Assembly (NCBI GenBank): GCA_964016885.1
Contig: OZ024750.1
Span: 51,336,001 to 51,400,000, forward strand
Source: Eledone cirrhosa
Lineage: Eukaryota
Direction: 5' to 3'
Length of the DNA: 64,000 bases
The notes under the pieces were generated by a model. The model did no database searches. It saw nothing but the letters and a program-made list of their open reading frames with translations, and was not told the origin of the DNA. Below, in pieces: positions 12,589 through 25,503 of this stretch. The stretch's first letter is position 1; each line of letters opens with the position of its first letter. Made by a program: the position numbers and the translations under genes.

Positions 12589-13460
12589 CTAGCAGTGGTA
12601 CCCGGCGTTACACGGGATAAGGTATTTTGGAACGCGGGCCGCCAACAAACCTAATCGTTGAAAAACTGCATCCCCGACAATATGTAAAGAAAATAAATCG
12701 AATACTCTGATGGCTGGATAATCTTTAAGATTTTCCTCGATGAAGCAGGAAAAATGTAGGTTTTCACCCAGGGGATCAAGAAAATGAATTTTTTTTATGT
12801 GCATAATATGCCTCGAAATTTCGGGAAAATCGGCTAGACGTAACGCCTCAAAAAATCCCTAAAAAGCTAATGGCCATAAAAAATTTGGATTTTCTTTGCT
12901 CACGGTATGAAGAAGTGACTGACTAATACATAGTTACAATTTCAACGAAATCGGTTTGACGTAACGCCTAAAAAAAACCTAATAACCTGAAAAACGCAGT
13001 TTTTCACCTAATGCGGGCCCTAGGGGATCAAAAGGTTTTATGTGCATAACACTCCCTGAAACATAAGTAATACACAAGTAAAGTTTGAAAAAAGTCGGTT
13101 GGGTATTTCTCGTGTTTTATTGATTCAAACTCACACACACACACACACACACAGACATACTCAGGGAAGTGACGTAATGCAGACAGATATTATAAGGGCG
13201 CGACATATATGTATGTATCTATCTAAAATGAAAAAGACTAAGAATTATAGAGAGAGATCGCTAAATCGCCTAATGCGGTCATTGCCTAATGTAGGGCATT
13301 GTAAATTTGAAATTTTTTTGTTTCAGAACACTCCCTGAAACATAAGTATTACATGTGTAAAGTTCGAAAACAGTCGGTTAGGTGCTTTTCAATTTTAAGG
13401 ATTCAAACTCAGACACACACAGACAGACATACTCAGTTTTATTTTTATATATATATATAT
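12589..13460 (-). mobile_element. Non-autonomous Helitron-like element
   Basis: Minus-strand 3' end has the hairpin cccgtgtaacgccggg followed by CTAG|T, the same end type as 51444-52394. Internal duplication 13050-13165 / 13325-13437. Confidence 0.7.
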
Positions 13461-13835
13461 AAATCACATATATTTTTATTTTTTGACCCGAATTACTTGG
13501 TCGTTTTTTTTTTGGCTGTGCGGATGATTTGTTTAACCACCATCTCAGTGTGTTTGGCCCTTAACGTATGTTGTTGCTCTGATTCATATGAATCAACAAG
13601 CGCTTGCCACACATCTCGGAAGTTGTTTTCGTTAATTCCTGAGCTGAAATACCATTCTCGCTAATTTATATTTATATATATATGAGATCAAAAGATGGTT
13701 AAAAGAGTTCTAACCATCTTTTGATCTTATATTATTTATACTCCAGTCCTACAAACCGTAGAGTGCTACTTATCCGATATTTGCATTGCTTTATTGTGCA
13801 ATAAAACTCACCTCCTACATATATATATATTTAAG

Positions 13836-14024
13836 AAAAAGTATGACCCCGACGGCAGAGCTCAAGCCGTTTTGACGGCTATTTGTGGACAGAAATAGCC
13901 TTCGAAACGGCTTGAGCTCTGCCGTCGGGGTCATACTTTTTCCTATTTCCCACTCTACTACCCTAAGCATTGGGTACTCTGGTGCGTTATGGTCCGTCTG
14001 GTTCCTTACCACATTTCCTTTGTT
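13836..14024 (+). mobile_element. Family A fold-back insertion
   Basis: Inverted arms 13836-13941 plus a tail ending ...gttccttaccacatttcctttgtt at (TA)n. Other copies at 31873, 32856, 36626, 45690 and 49027. Confidence 0.85.
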
Positions 14025-14035
14025 ATATATATATA

Positions 14036-14481
14036 TATAAACGTTTGAATATGTGTAATAAGGCCAAAACAATGCAGTTATGGACATAGAAAAAGGAATG
14101 CAATAGTGAAAGATATTGATGAGAATTCGTCTTTCACCTTGAATTTATTTAAATGTCCTTAATTTTCGAGATAATATCTCTTCTTCGGAGGGAAGTAAAG
14201 ATCTCAAACCAGCGTCTTTAAATCTCTAGCCAAGCCATATGGCTTGGCTAGAGATTTAAAGACGCTGGTTTGAGATCTTTACTTCCCTCCGAAGAAGAGA
14301 TATTATCTCGAAAATTAAGGACATTTAAATAAATTCAAGGTGAAAGACGAATTCTCATCAATATCTTTCACTATTGCATTCCTTTTTCTATGTCCATAAC
14401 TGCATTGCTTTGGCCTTATTACACATATTCAAACGTTTATACCTCATTACACAATGCTTCAAGTGAACTATAACCTCCTCC
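14036..14481 (+). mobile_element. Family D: ~406-bp spacerless palindrome plus 40-nt tail, with an HHR in each arm
   Basis: Axis at 14238/14239. HHR cct CCGAAGA a gagat att atctc GAA AATT A^ agg at 14286-14320 (+) and 14157-14191 (-). Confidence 0.85.
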
Positions 14482-14501
14482 ATATATATATATATATATA
14501 T

Positions 14502-14902
14502 GCAAAAGTTCTATTTAAAGTTGTTGGGATACAACAAATAAATATATTTATAACCGACATAAAGCACTCGACAAATTTTTGGAGTCGATATACGATATTA
14601 ATAAATGGAAACTATATTTATAAAACCATATTTCTTTCATTATACATATTTCAGGGATACCACATTAAATTTTGGTATGCCTTCATCAGATAAAATACAA
14701 TATATAACAGTTTTACAAATAGGTTTGACGTACCCTTTAAAAAATAAAGCCATTACTTTTGTAGGCTGTCTGGATATTTGTAAAACTGTTATATATTGTA
14801 TTTTATCTGATGAAGGCATACCAAAATTTAATGTGGTATCCCTGAAATATGTATAATGAAATAAATATGGTTTTATAAATATAGTTTCCATTTATTAATA
14901 TC

Positions 14903-14904
<2 letters not shown>
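14502..14904 (-). mobile_element. Family E fold-back insertion with HHR-like motifs in both arms
   Basis: Inverted arms ~14592-14720 / 14775-14904. CTGATGA aggcatacca...tggtatccct GAAA at 14807-14847 and its mirror at 14638-14695. Stem I register is unclear. Confidence 0.75.
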
Positions 14905-14961
<57 letters not shown>

Positions 14962-14967
<6 letters not shown>

Positions 14968-15246
14968 TATTGAAGTTTGCTTGAAGCATTGTGGAACAAT
15001 AAGTAAATATCTTTAAGTCGTTTGGAAGCCTCGACAATGCAAATGGGTAAATCTCCGGGTAACAAGGTCCGGTGGTGGAGAGAGAGATGTAAGTGGGTGT
15101 ACGTTGAGATGCGTGGTGTGTATAACATGAGTGAGATGTGTAGAATGAAGGGAAGAGTATAAAGGATAAAAATAAAAATAAAAATAACAACACAAGAGAG
15201 AGTTACCTTGGGAGAGATTTAATAGTCCCTATATATTTCGGATTCA
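14962..15246 (-). mobile_element. Family G pLTR 3' fragment
   Basis: Reverse-complement match to 47990-48259. (TA)n on both sides. Confidence 0.85.
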
Positions 15247-15570
15247 TATATATATATATACAAATGAATATATGAGAGGGATGAACACCGATACAAGTAT
15301 ACATGTGTTCGAATTGCAAATGACCAAGTGAGCTAGGTTGAAAAATACTCATTTAAAACAATATGGTTTGCCTGACTCGATTTAAAGTAATAAATCAATA
15401 AAAATAACAAACCTGTATTGGGCAATACTTGTATCGATGTCCATCCCTCTCATATATTCATTTGTATTACACGGCTCGGAAATATTCCCTTCTTTGAGCT
15501 ATTTAATTGTAAAAGACTATTTCGAGTTTATAACTCAATATATGATATATATATATATATATATATATAT

Positions 15571-16013
15571 ATTTCGTTTCTGAATTTGTTTAGCAAGATT
15601 CTTTATCTGAAATCGTGTGTTGAAACCGATATTGTTATGCTTTGGGAGGGTCATGTTGCCAATAAGAAACACACGCACCAGTTGATTTCACTTCAATTTA
15701 TTATAATAAATTTATAATTTATAATACCCGGATGTGGCGCATGCGCAGACTGAGCACACAGCACACACACACAGAAACAAAATAGCGTAGGACAGACCAA
15801 AGGAGAGTCACAAAAGAATCCCCAGTCACTGAAGAGGTCACAGAATGTGTGACGAAAGAACTTTGACAATATATAAACAACTATCTGGTTGTGGAACCAA
15901 CCAACCAACCAGAAATTTATAAATTCCTAAATTTATAAATGTATTATAATAAATTGAAGTGAAAACAACTGGTGCGTGTGTTTCTTATTGGCAACATGAC
16001 CCTCCCAAAGTAT

Positions 16014-16019
<6 letters not shown>
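15571..16019 (+). mobile_element. Family C (subfamily 2) pLTR with inverted arm; HHR at 15825-15867
   Basis: gtca CTGAAGA g gtcaca gaatg tgtgac GAA AGAACT T^ tgac. Matches 33455-33810. Confidence 0.85.
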
Positions 16020-16055
<36 letters not shown>

Positions 16056-16088
16056 CGGGTAAAATTCCTGATATATATATATATATAC

Positions 16089-16122
<34 letters not shown>

Positions 16123-16133
16123 AGAAGTTTACC

Positions 16134-16272
<139 letters not shown>

Positions 16273-17451
16273 ATATATATTATATATATATATATATATA
16301 AATATACATATGTATATACACATATATATATACATGCGTATATATGCATATATATGTACATATATATATATAGATACGTATATAGACACACATATAAATA
16401 TACACATATCTACATAACCACCTAATCGTTGTTATTCTCCATCTTATGAATTAAATGCAATCTTTCTACCCTTCCTTTCTCTCGCTCTCTCTTTCTCTCT
16501 CTCACACCCCCTCTCTCACACTCTCTTCCTCCCTCTCTCACTCTCTCACTCCTCTCTTTCTCTAACACCAACGCCTCTCTTCCAATTCTTTCTCTCGCTC
16601 TCTATTTCTCAATTAATATCTCACTCCCTCTCTCCGCCTCTCTCCCCCTCTCTCCCTCTCTCTCTCCCTCTGTCACTCTCTCTTCCTCCCCCCCCCCCCG
16701 CTCTTTATTTCTACCCGTTTACATTTTCTTCATGCTTTGCATTATACTTTACTTTCACAAAGTAAATAAATATATTTTTGAATTTATATTTATCTATTAT
16801 ACATTTATTTATTTATTCAGGGAATATTTCAGTCTAGAAATTAAATTATTTTTATTCATTTATTCATAAAATTTTTGACTGTTTTATTATGAAGTTTCCA
16901 ACAAAAATATGTTTGCTGTTCTTGTTATTGTTGTTGTCATCCTTCTTGTTAATGCTTTTGTTGTTATTGTTGTTGTCATCCTTTTTGTTAATGCTTTTGT
17001 TGTTGTTATTTTAAAATATTTCACAAAATTTAAAATAAAATGGAATTCAAGAAATATTTATGACGTTTTCATTCTTTATTCATATATTTATATATGTATA
17101 TATTGATTATTTTCGAGAATCAAACTTGATAAATAAAGAAAATGAATATATCCATATCTATTTATCTATACATATATCTTTATATGTATGTGGGTATATA
17201 TATATATATATACCCCCCCCCCATACACACACACATATATACATATATTATGTATATATATAAAAATAGAGAAATTAATGTGAGCAAGAAGCTAACAGTA
17301 TTTCATAATTACGTATATATATTATTATGTATATATAGATATAGATATAGATATACTTATATATCTATAGTTATATATATATATGTAAGTATGTATATAT
17401 TAAGTGAGTGCCGTACTAAGAGTGAGAAATGAAATTTCGTTTCATTCTATT

Positions 17452-17523
<72 letters not shown>

Positions 17524-17555
17524 CACATACAGAGACAGAGATAGAAACTTATATA

Positions 17556-17587
<32 letters not shown>

Positions 17588-17678
17588 CATATATATATAT
17601 ACATGTGTGTGTGTTTCTTGGTAAATCTTTCGGTAATTCTTCACTGTCGCCACCATATAAATAAATATTATGTATGTA

Positions 17679-17711
<33 letters not shown>

Positions 17712-17869
17712 TAGTGGCGACAACGAAAAATTACCGAAAAATTTAAAATTTACTAAATTTACCAAGAAAAGAAAATGTAGAAGGATTTCTTGATTTTTTT
17801 TTTCCCGACTCATTATATTTTATTTTTACTGTTATCTTATTCCCATTATATATTTAATTTTTATCTTAT

Positions 17870-17966
<97 letters not shown>

Positions 17967-18061
17967 CGCACACATGTATATATATATATACATATATATA
18001 TATACACATACATATAGATTTAATATATATATATGTGTGAATGTGTGTGAATGTGTGTACA

Positions 18062-18093
<32 letters not shown>

Positions 18094-18330
18094 TACATTT
18101 GTTTGTCGTTTTGGAAATGGTGATTTTAGTTTTATGTTGTTAAACATAAAATTAGTGTTTAAAAAAACTCTGTAAAAATAACTTATAATCAATGTATTGA
18201 ACATTGGTGATGAATTGAGAGGAAGGAGGGCTGATTGGTTTTATGGCGAGGTTCTTTTGTTTGGTTAGTTGTTGTTGTTTTCATTTACTGAGGTTATTTA
18301 CTGATTAATGACGTGGTCGTTGTAGTGATT

Positions 18331-19545
18331 ATAGAGAGTGGAGAGAATATAGGAATAGAGGAATAGAGGTTTGGAGGTAATAGAGAGTGGAGAGAATATA
18401 GGAATAGAGGAATAGAGGTTTGGAGGTTATAGAGAGTGGAGAGAATATAGGAATAGAGGAATAGAGGTTTGGAGGTTATAGAGAGTGGAGAGAATATAGG
18501 AATAGAGGAATAGAGGATTGGAGGTTATAGAGAGTGGAGAGAATATAGGAATAGAGGAATAGAGGTTTGGAGGTAATAGAGAGTGGAGAGAATATAGGGA
18601 TAGAGGAATAGAGGTTTGGAGGTAATAGAGAGTGGAGAGAATATAGGAATAGAGGAATAGAGGATTGGAGGTTATAGAGAGTGGAGAGAATATAGGAATA
18701 GAGGAATAGAGGATTGGAGGTTATAGAGAGTGGAGAGAATAGAGGAATAGAGGAATAGAGGATTGGAGGTTATAGAGAATGGAGAGAATATAGGAATAGA
18801 GGAATAGAGGTTTGGAGGTTATAGAGAGTGGAGAGGATATAGGAATAGAGGAATGGAGGTTATAGAGAGTGGAGAGTATTTAGAAATAGAGGAATAGAGG
18901 ATTGGAGGTTATAGAGAGTGGAGAGAATATAGGAATAGAGGAATAGAGGTTTGGAGGTTATAGAGAGTGGAGAGAATATAGGAATAGAGGAATAGAGGAT
19001 TGGAGGTTATAGAGATTGGAGAGAATATAGGAATAGAGGAATAGAGGTTTGGAGGTAATAGAGATTGGAGAGAATATAGGAATAGAGGAATAGAGGTTTG
19101 GAGGTAATAGAGAGTGGAGAGAATATAGGAATAGAGGAATAGAGGTTTGGAGTTTATAGAGATTGGAGAGAATATAGGAATAGAGGAATAGAGAATTGGA
19201 GGTTATAGAGAGTCGAGAGAATATAGGAATAGAGGAATAGAGGTTTTGAGTTTATAGAGAGTGCAGAGAATATAGGAATAAAGGAATAGAGGTTTGGAGG
19301 TTATAGAGAGTGGAGAGGATATAGTTATAGAGGAATAGAGGATCGGAGATTATAGAGAGTGGTGAGAATATAGGAATAGAGGATAGAGGATTGGAGGTTA
19401 TAGAGAGTGGAGAGAATATAGGAATAGAGGAATAGATGATTGGAGGTTATAAAGAGTGGAGAGAATATAGAAATAGAGGTATAGAGGATCGTAGGTTATA
19501 GAGAGTGGAGAGAATATAGAAATAGAGGAATAGAGGTTTGGAGGG
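18331..19545. repeat. 49-bp purine-rich minisatellite, ~25 copies
   Basis: Unit agagagtggagagaatataggaatagaggaatagaggtttggaggttat, with starts at 18333, 18382 and onward. Confidence 0.95.
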
Positions 19546-20389
19546 AGAGATGTAAAGAATTGTTGCAGGGGGTGGAGGGGGGAAAGAAAGACAGACAGAG
19601 AGAAAGAAAGATATTGCGAAAGTGTAAATGAATGAAGGAAAATGTTTGAGAAGGAAATTAAAGAAAAGTGGAATAAAAAAAGAAAAATCTAGAAATAAAT
19701 AAATAAAATAAGGATAGAAAGAAAGAGAAAGAAAGAAAAGATGAAAATTGGTTGAATTAGAATGAAAGAGGAATAATAAATAGTAGGACATTTTGTGTGT
19801 GTACGTGTGTCTGGGTGTGTGTGTGTGTGTTTGTACGTGTCTGTCTGTGTGTATGTGTGTGTGTGTGTGTTTGTATGGGAGTGTGCGTGTTTGTACGCGT
19901 GTGTGTGTGCGTGGTTGTACGTCTGTGTGCTTGTGTGTGTACGTGTGGGTGTGTGTATGTGTGTGTGTGTGTTTGTATGTGTGTTTATGTGTGTGCGGGG
20001 GTGTGTGTGAGTGTGCGTGTGTGGGTGTGCTTGTGTGTGTGTGTGTGTGCGTGTGCTTGTGTGTGTGTGGGTGGGTGTGTTTGTGTGTGTGTGCGTGTGT
20101 GTGGGTGGGTGCGTGTGTGTGAGTCTGTGTGTATGTGTGGGTGTGCTTGTGTGTGTGTGGATGTGCTTGTGTGTGTGTGGGTGTGCTTGTGTGTGTGTGT
20201 GTGAGTGTGTGTGTGTGTGTGTGTTGGACCACCGTCAGTTCCGACGATGTGTGTTTCAGTTGTTCCAGCAAAAGAACAGCCTGCAAGTGTCCTAGCATTC
20301 CACCAACGTTGTTCTCAGTGGAATACAGCTGGATATATTGTATAAGAAGGTGACCTTTTGAAATACAGCTACGACATATTTGTTGTGGG

Positions 20390-20762
20390 TAAGTACTCCC
20401 CAAAGGAGACGCTCAGGGGCGGCCTTTTCCCGTCCTTGCCAAGTGATGTTGGCTGCCATCAGGTCTTCTTGAAACGTTTGTCGCCAGGTCATCTTGGGGC
20501 AACCCCCACTTCCATTTGCCGCCAGGTGGAGTCCAGTCCATCGCTGTTTTAGAGTGTTGTTCGTTGGGCAGGCACAGAATATGGCCAGCTAGGCGGCACC
20601 GGTGCTCCGTGACCCACCCCCCTCTGTAGCGTCCACTACTCGGCTCTCTGCAGGATTTCCTCATTTCGTACTCGGTGGCGCCAGGACACACGAAGGATCC
20701 TTCGCAGTCACTGCTGGTGGAAAGCGTTCAGCCGGCTCTCTATCCCTGCCGTGCTCTTCCAT
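20390..20762 (-). pseudogene. RTE-like LINE C-terminal fragment
   Basis: Translates across frameshifts to WKSTAGIESRLNAFHQQ*LRRILRVSWRHRVRNEEILQRA, RLAGHILCLP...WTPPGGK and TWRQTFQEDL. Confidence 0.8.
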
Positions 20763-20979
20763 TTATATATAATATATATAATATATATATATATATGTAT
20801 ACTGTCTTGCTCAAAAAGATATGGTGCCTCTGTCAGTTGAAATCATGGCCTTGTGGTCGTCTGCCGATCAACCTAACCACTAAGCCACGCGCCTTCACCA
20901 CTACGACCCTTACATATTAGGGACCAACTATCATAAGATTATCAGAACATCTCTGGAAGAATATATTTAGGAAAGATTG

Positions 20980-21375
20980 AGAGAGATGGATAGAGAGATA
21001 GAGAGATAGAGGGAGTGAGTGAGAGAGATGGATAGAGAGATAGAGAGATAGAGGGAGTGAGTGAGAGAGATGGATAGAGAGATAGAGGGAGAGAGTGATA
21101 GAGATAGAGGGAGAGAGGGAAAGAGTGAGAGAAATGGATAGAGAGATAGAGGGAGAGAGGGAGAGAGGGAGGGAGATGGATAGAGAGATAGAGAGATAGA
21201 GGGAGTGAGTGAGAGAGATGGATAGAGAGATAGAGGGAGAGAGTGATAGAGATAGAGGGAGAGAGGGAAAGAGTGAGAGAAATGGATAGAGAGATAGAGG
21301 GAGAGAGGGAGAGAGGGAGAGAGATGGATAGCGAGATAGAGGGAGAGAGGGAGAGAGTGAGAGAGTGAGAGAGAA
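20980..21375. repeat. GA-rich compound minisatellite
   Basis: Repeated gatggatagagagatagagggaga blocks. Confidence 0.9.
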
Positions 21376-21599
21376 AGACTAAAAAGCAGGAGAGGAGAAG
21401 AGGAAGATAGAGAGACGTGGAGAGAGTGAATGAAAGTTAGAGGAAATATTAGAGTTGATAAATAAATGACCTAGTGGAAATAAGAAGTATTTAACCTTTA
21501 GGTTCAACTAATTTCCACCTCTGCACATATATGGAGGGAAGGGAATGAACGCCCCATAGTCACATATACACATATACACCCACATACATATGCACACAT

Positions 21600-21661
<62 letters not shown>

Positions 21662-21677
21662 ACACACATATATATAT

Positions 21678-21751
<74 letters not shown>

Positions 21752-21754
<3 letters not shown>

Positions 21755-22028
21755 AAAGTTTTATTTAAAATTGTTGGGTTACAACAAGTAAATATTTTAT
21801 AACTGATATAAAGCACTCGACAAGTTTTGGGAGTAGATATACTACCAAGACAGCCTTCTAATTTAATGGTCGCGTATATTATGGTACGTCAAAATTATTT
21901 ATAAAACTGTTTATATATTGTATTTTATCTGACGAAGGCATGACATATTTTTAATATGGTAACCCTGAAATATGTATAATGAAATAAATATGGTTTTATA
22001 AATATAGTTTCCATTTGTTTAATATCGT
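21752..22028. mobile_element. Family E second copy (inverted structure) with HHR-like motif at 21923-21980
   Basis: Same tail as 14502. CTGACGA aggcatgacatatt...aatatggtaaccct GAAA. Short arm again ends at aatatcg followed by (TA)n. Confidence 0.75.
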
Positions 22029-22046
22029 ATATATATATATATATAT

Positions 22047-22171
<125 letters not shown>

Positions 22172-22618
22172 TGTATATATATGTTTTTCCACATGTGCGT
22201 TTTATTTTCATAATCACGCATGATGTTAAACTAGGCTGCTTTTAAATTCCCTTTTTGGCATATTAATCAGTGAGAACTTGGCTATCGTGTTGAGCTCTGC
22301 TGACGATTGAATTCAAAGCGTGACCACTGAAAGTGTTCATGAAATAGTCTTTTCAAGACTATACAGACCATTTGTAGTTGTCTCAAATTGAAGGATGGGT
22401 ATTTTAAACTTTATTTTAACATGAGGTAAGGCTCTATTGATTTCTCCCTGGATTTCACTAAATTCTGTTGGATAAATCTACATCGTGATTCTCTTTGAAT
22501 TGAGTTTGAATTATTTTTCCCACATCTTACGTTAACTATTTTCCCATTTTAACGCTATAGTCACTTATATATTATGGAATACTGTTGGCTTCTTGCTACA
22601 ATACTTTCTATACCTTTC

Positions 22619-22663
<45 letters not shown>

Positions 22664-22829
22664 ATAATAATAATGAGAAGTATACAAATATATGTGTATA
22701 CATACATATACATGTATATATAAACATATATTTTTCACAAGTATGTGAGATTGTATGTTGTCGACCTTAACCAGTGTTACTCTATGATTATGAGAGACAA
22801 AATAATCGAAATAATTAAATTGACTATGT

Positions 22830-23338
22830 AAAATATTATAAAAAGGAATAATAGATACAATATACCTATTTTTTCTTTCGTCCCGACTGTACAGTTTCGC
22901 TGGTCACTATGCAAGAATGTTATATCATAGATATGTAGCATTGTTGTGAGGTAAGCCAGCTTATCAAGGGAGCACTTCAGGGAAGTATAGTGACTGCTTT
23001 CAAGCAAACACTATATACACTTATAGTCAACCTTACCACCTATCATTCAATATCTCTCTCTGCCTTCTGAGATATTTTCACTGCTACAAGGGATTAATCC
23101 CCTTTCTTGACCGGTGTATCACGTGATAGAGTCTCCCTCCGCCTTTCTGAGATTTTCTCGCATGCTACGGACGTATGTAGTTAGGGCTCTTCCCTGAGGT
23201 GCTCCCTTGCAACAATGCCTTAACTCACAACAATGTTACATATCTATGATATAACATTCTTGCATAGTGACCAGCGAAACTGTACAGTCGGGACAAAGGA
23301 AACAAATAGGTATATTGTATCTATTATTCCTTTTTATA

Positions 23339-23345
<7 letters not shown>
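22830..23345. mobile_element. Inverted-repeat insertion (arms ~22830-22985 / 23188-23345)
   Basis: Arms are reverse complements. The left arm carries a UUGAUAA HHR and the right-arm core is decayed. Confidence 0.8.
22881..22971 (-). ncRNA. Type I hammerhead ribozyme with U3-A8 core
   Basis: Reverse complement: tccc TTGATAA gctgg ...(52 nt)... ccagc GAA ACTGTACAGT C^ ggga. Confidence 0.8.
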
Positions 23346-23424
<79 letters not shown>

Positions 23425-24400
23425 ATACAATAACAGAGATAGTTTAAAGCTAAACTCTGACTGGTAACCATCTCACTCAACAAACATTAGGTTATATTTT
23501 AATATGAACCCAATTTAAGTGTTTGGGGTGCTAACAATATGTATTATGTGGAAAAGCCAGTTGTATTATTTTATGAGATATAATTAAAGTTAAAATACAT
23601 CTCTCTTTCCAAACAATTGTTTCATTATAAGTTTTCTACAAATTGGGAGAATATTTCCAGTTTATGTAGAAGCCTAATATACATTCATGTAAGAATATAT
23701 TTAGGTGGGCGTTTATAAATCATCAGTGGAAGCCCATTAAACTTTGATATAAGAAAAACATTCTTACCGCAGTCAAAAATCGTGTCTGTTAATTGCTCCT
23801 TCTCGCCTCGAATGACCGCCAAATTTGAAATTCCAGCAGTTTTTGACTGAGGAAGTATTTTAGCGTCACGAAGCGGGAAGGGGAGACAACTACGATCCAC
23901 GAAAGGGGGAAAAAATAATATACACGCGGGTTAATTAGTTTTATCGAAAACATTATCAACCCAACGTGTTAAGAACTCAATTGAAATAAAAAAAATAAAT
24001 ATATGCGTGTATAAATTACACACGCATATAGATATTTTCTTAGGCTAAAAACAGAAGTTGTACCCGAATAAGAAACTGCATCTCATAACCGTAGTAAATA
24101 CGGAAAGTTATGTTTTAAAGGGCAAATGGGAATAAATCTCCGGCCGAATTAAGAGTAAAATATAAAGCACACGCGGGTTAATTAGCTATTTCAAAACTAA
24201 TATCAATTCCTCGTGTAAAAACTCAATTAATTTTAAAAAATAAATGTATGCATGTAATTATATACATAGGCATATATATATTTTCTTAGGCTAAAAACAG
24301 AGAAGTTACAACCAAAAAAAAACCACAATAATCCACAACAGTAATAAATACGGAAAGTCAAATTTAAAAGGTACCTGGAAATAAACACCTCTGACCAATT

Positions 24401-24423
<23 letters not shown>

Positions 24424-24431
<8 letters not shown>

Positions 24432-24824
24432 CAGGAAAGAAGAGTGACACGGAGAATTCTCACAAGAAGAGTGACACGGAGAATTCTGACAAGCTCCGAT
24501 GAATTGACTGGTTATAACTTTGTATTGGTGATCAAATAACGCGAAAACAAGCGGGTAGCGATCTCTAGACCTACTAGTTCAGAGAAACAATTGTCAGCAA
24601 TGAGATTAAAAACCTTTTTTGTATAGCAAACCGTGTCACTCTTCTTTCCTGATTTATCATTACTCCATGTGTTTACAACATAGGAATTACAGCGTACTCG
24701 CAGCATCACTACGGAAACGCCTTGTTGAGTCAAACTGAGCCAAGCGTTGATATCATCCACTACCCGGAGTACCATAACTGGACTACACTTAAGTGGACTA
24801 CCTATAACAATAATTTGTTACCCC

Positions 24825-24826
<2 letters not shown>
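24424..24826 (+). mobile_element. TA-flanked element with short inverted 5' arm; candidate HHR at 24493-24598
   Basis: 24425-24453 is inverted at 24631-24657. gct CCGATGA ...long stem II... GAA ACAATTGT C^ agc. Confidence 0.55.
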
Positions 24827-24868
<42 letters not shown>

Positions 24869-24926
24869 ACAAGGAAAAAGAGACGATTATTAGGAAGAAA
24901 AATATATTTTTTCCTTTTTTTGTTTC

Positions 24927-25503
24927 TCTCTTTTTTTTCTGGGTTAGAAAATGATTAAAACGAAATGTTTTACTTTGTGTGAAGTGTTAAGGTATTAGTT
25001 GATTTATTTATTTGCCCCCATCATGGAGTCATGGATCAACTAAGCACTCTTGCTATATTAACACATTTTGATCTGCTTAACTTCAATGACTTTGCTTGTA
25101 ACTAACATTATTTTTTCTTCCACATTGACTTTTATGTTCCACATTATGCCCGTTTGTTTTCCTTTTTCTTTTTTCTTTTCACTTCATAAACCTTGTTTGT
25201 ATATAACATTATTCTTTCTGTACCTTCTGTTTAACATGTGCGACACCACACTAATACATTTCACTATCATTTGATAATGCATAAAAATGCTGAAACCGGT
25301 AATAGACAATAATTAAATATATAAATAGATAAATAAATGCCATTGTTAAATAATAAATAAATCAACTAATACCTCACCACTTCACACAAAGTAAAACATT
25401 TCGTTTTAATCATTTTCTAATCCAGAAAAAGAGAGAGAGAGAAACAAAAAAGGAAACAAATATATTTTTCATCCTAATATTCGGCTCCTTCCCCATATTT
25501 TCA
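24927..25503 (+). mobile_element. Inverted-repeat insertion; candidate U3-A8 HHR at 25264-25305
   Basis: Arms ~24900-25010 / 25355-25470. TTGATAA t gcat aaaa atgc t GAA ACCGGT A^ atag. Confidence 0.65.

Noticed and set aside
18331-19545. 49-bp array as CRISPR or coding repeat
   Set aside because: It has no spacers, is low-complexity purine sequence, and has no ORF.
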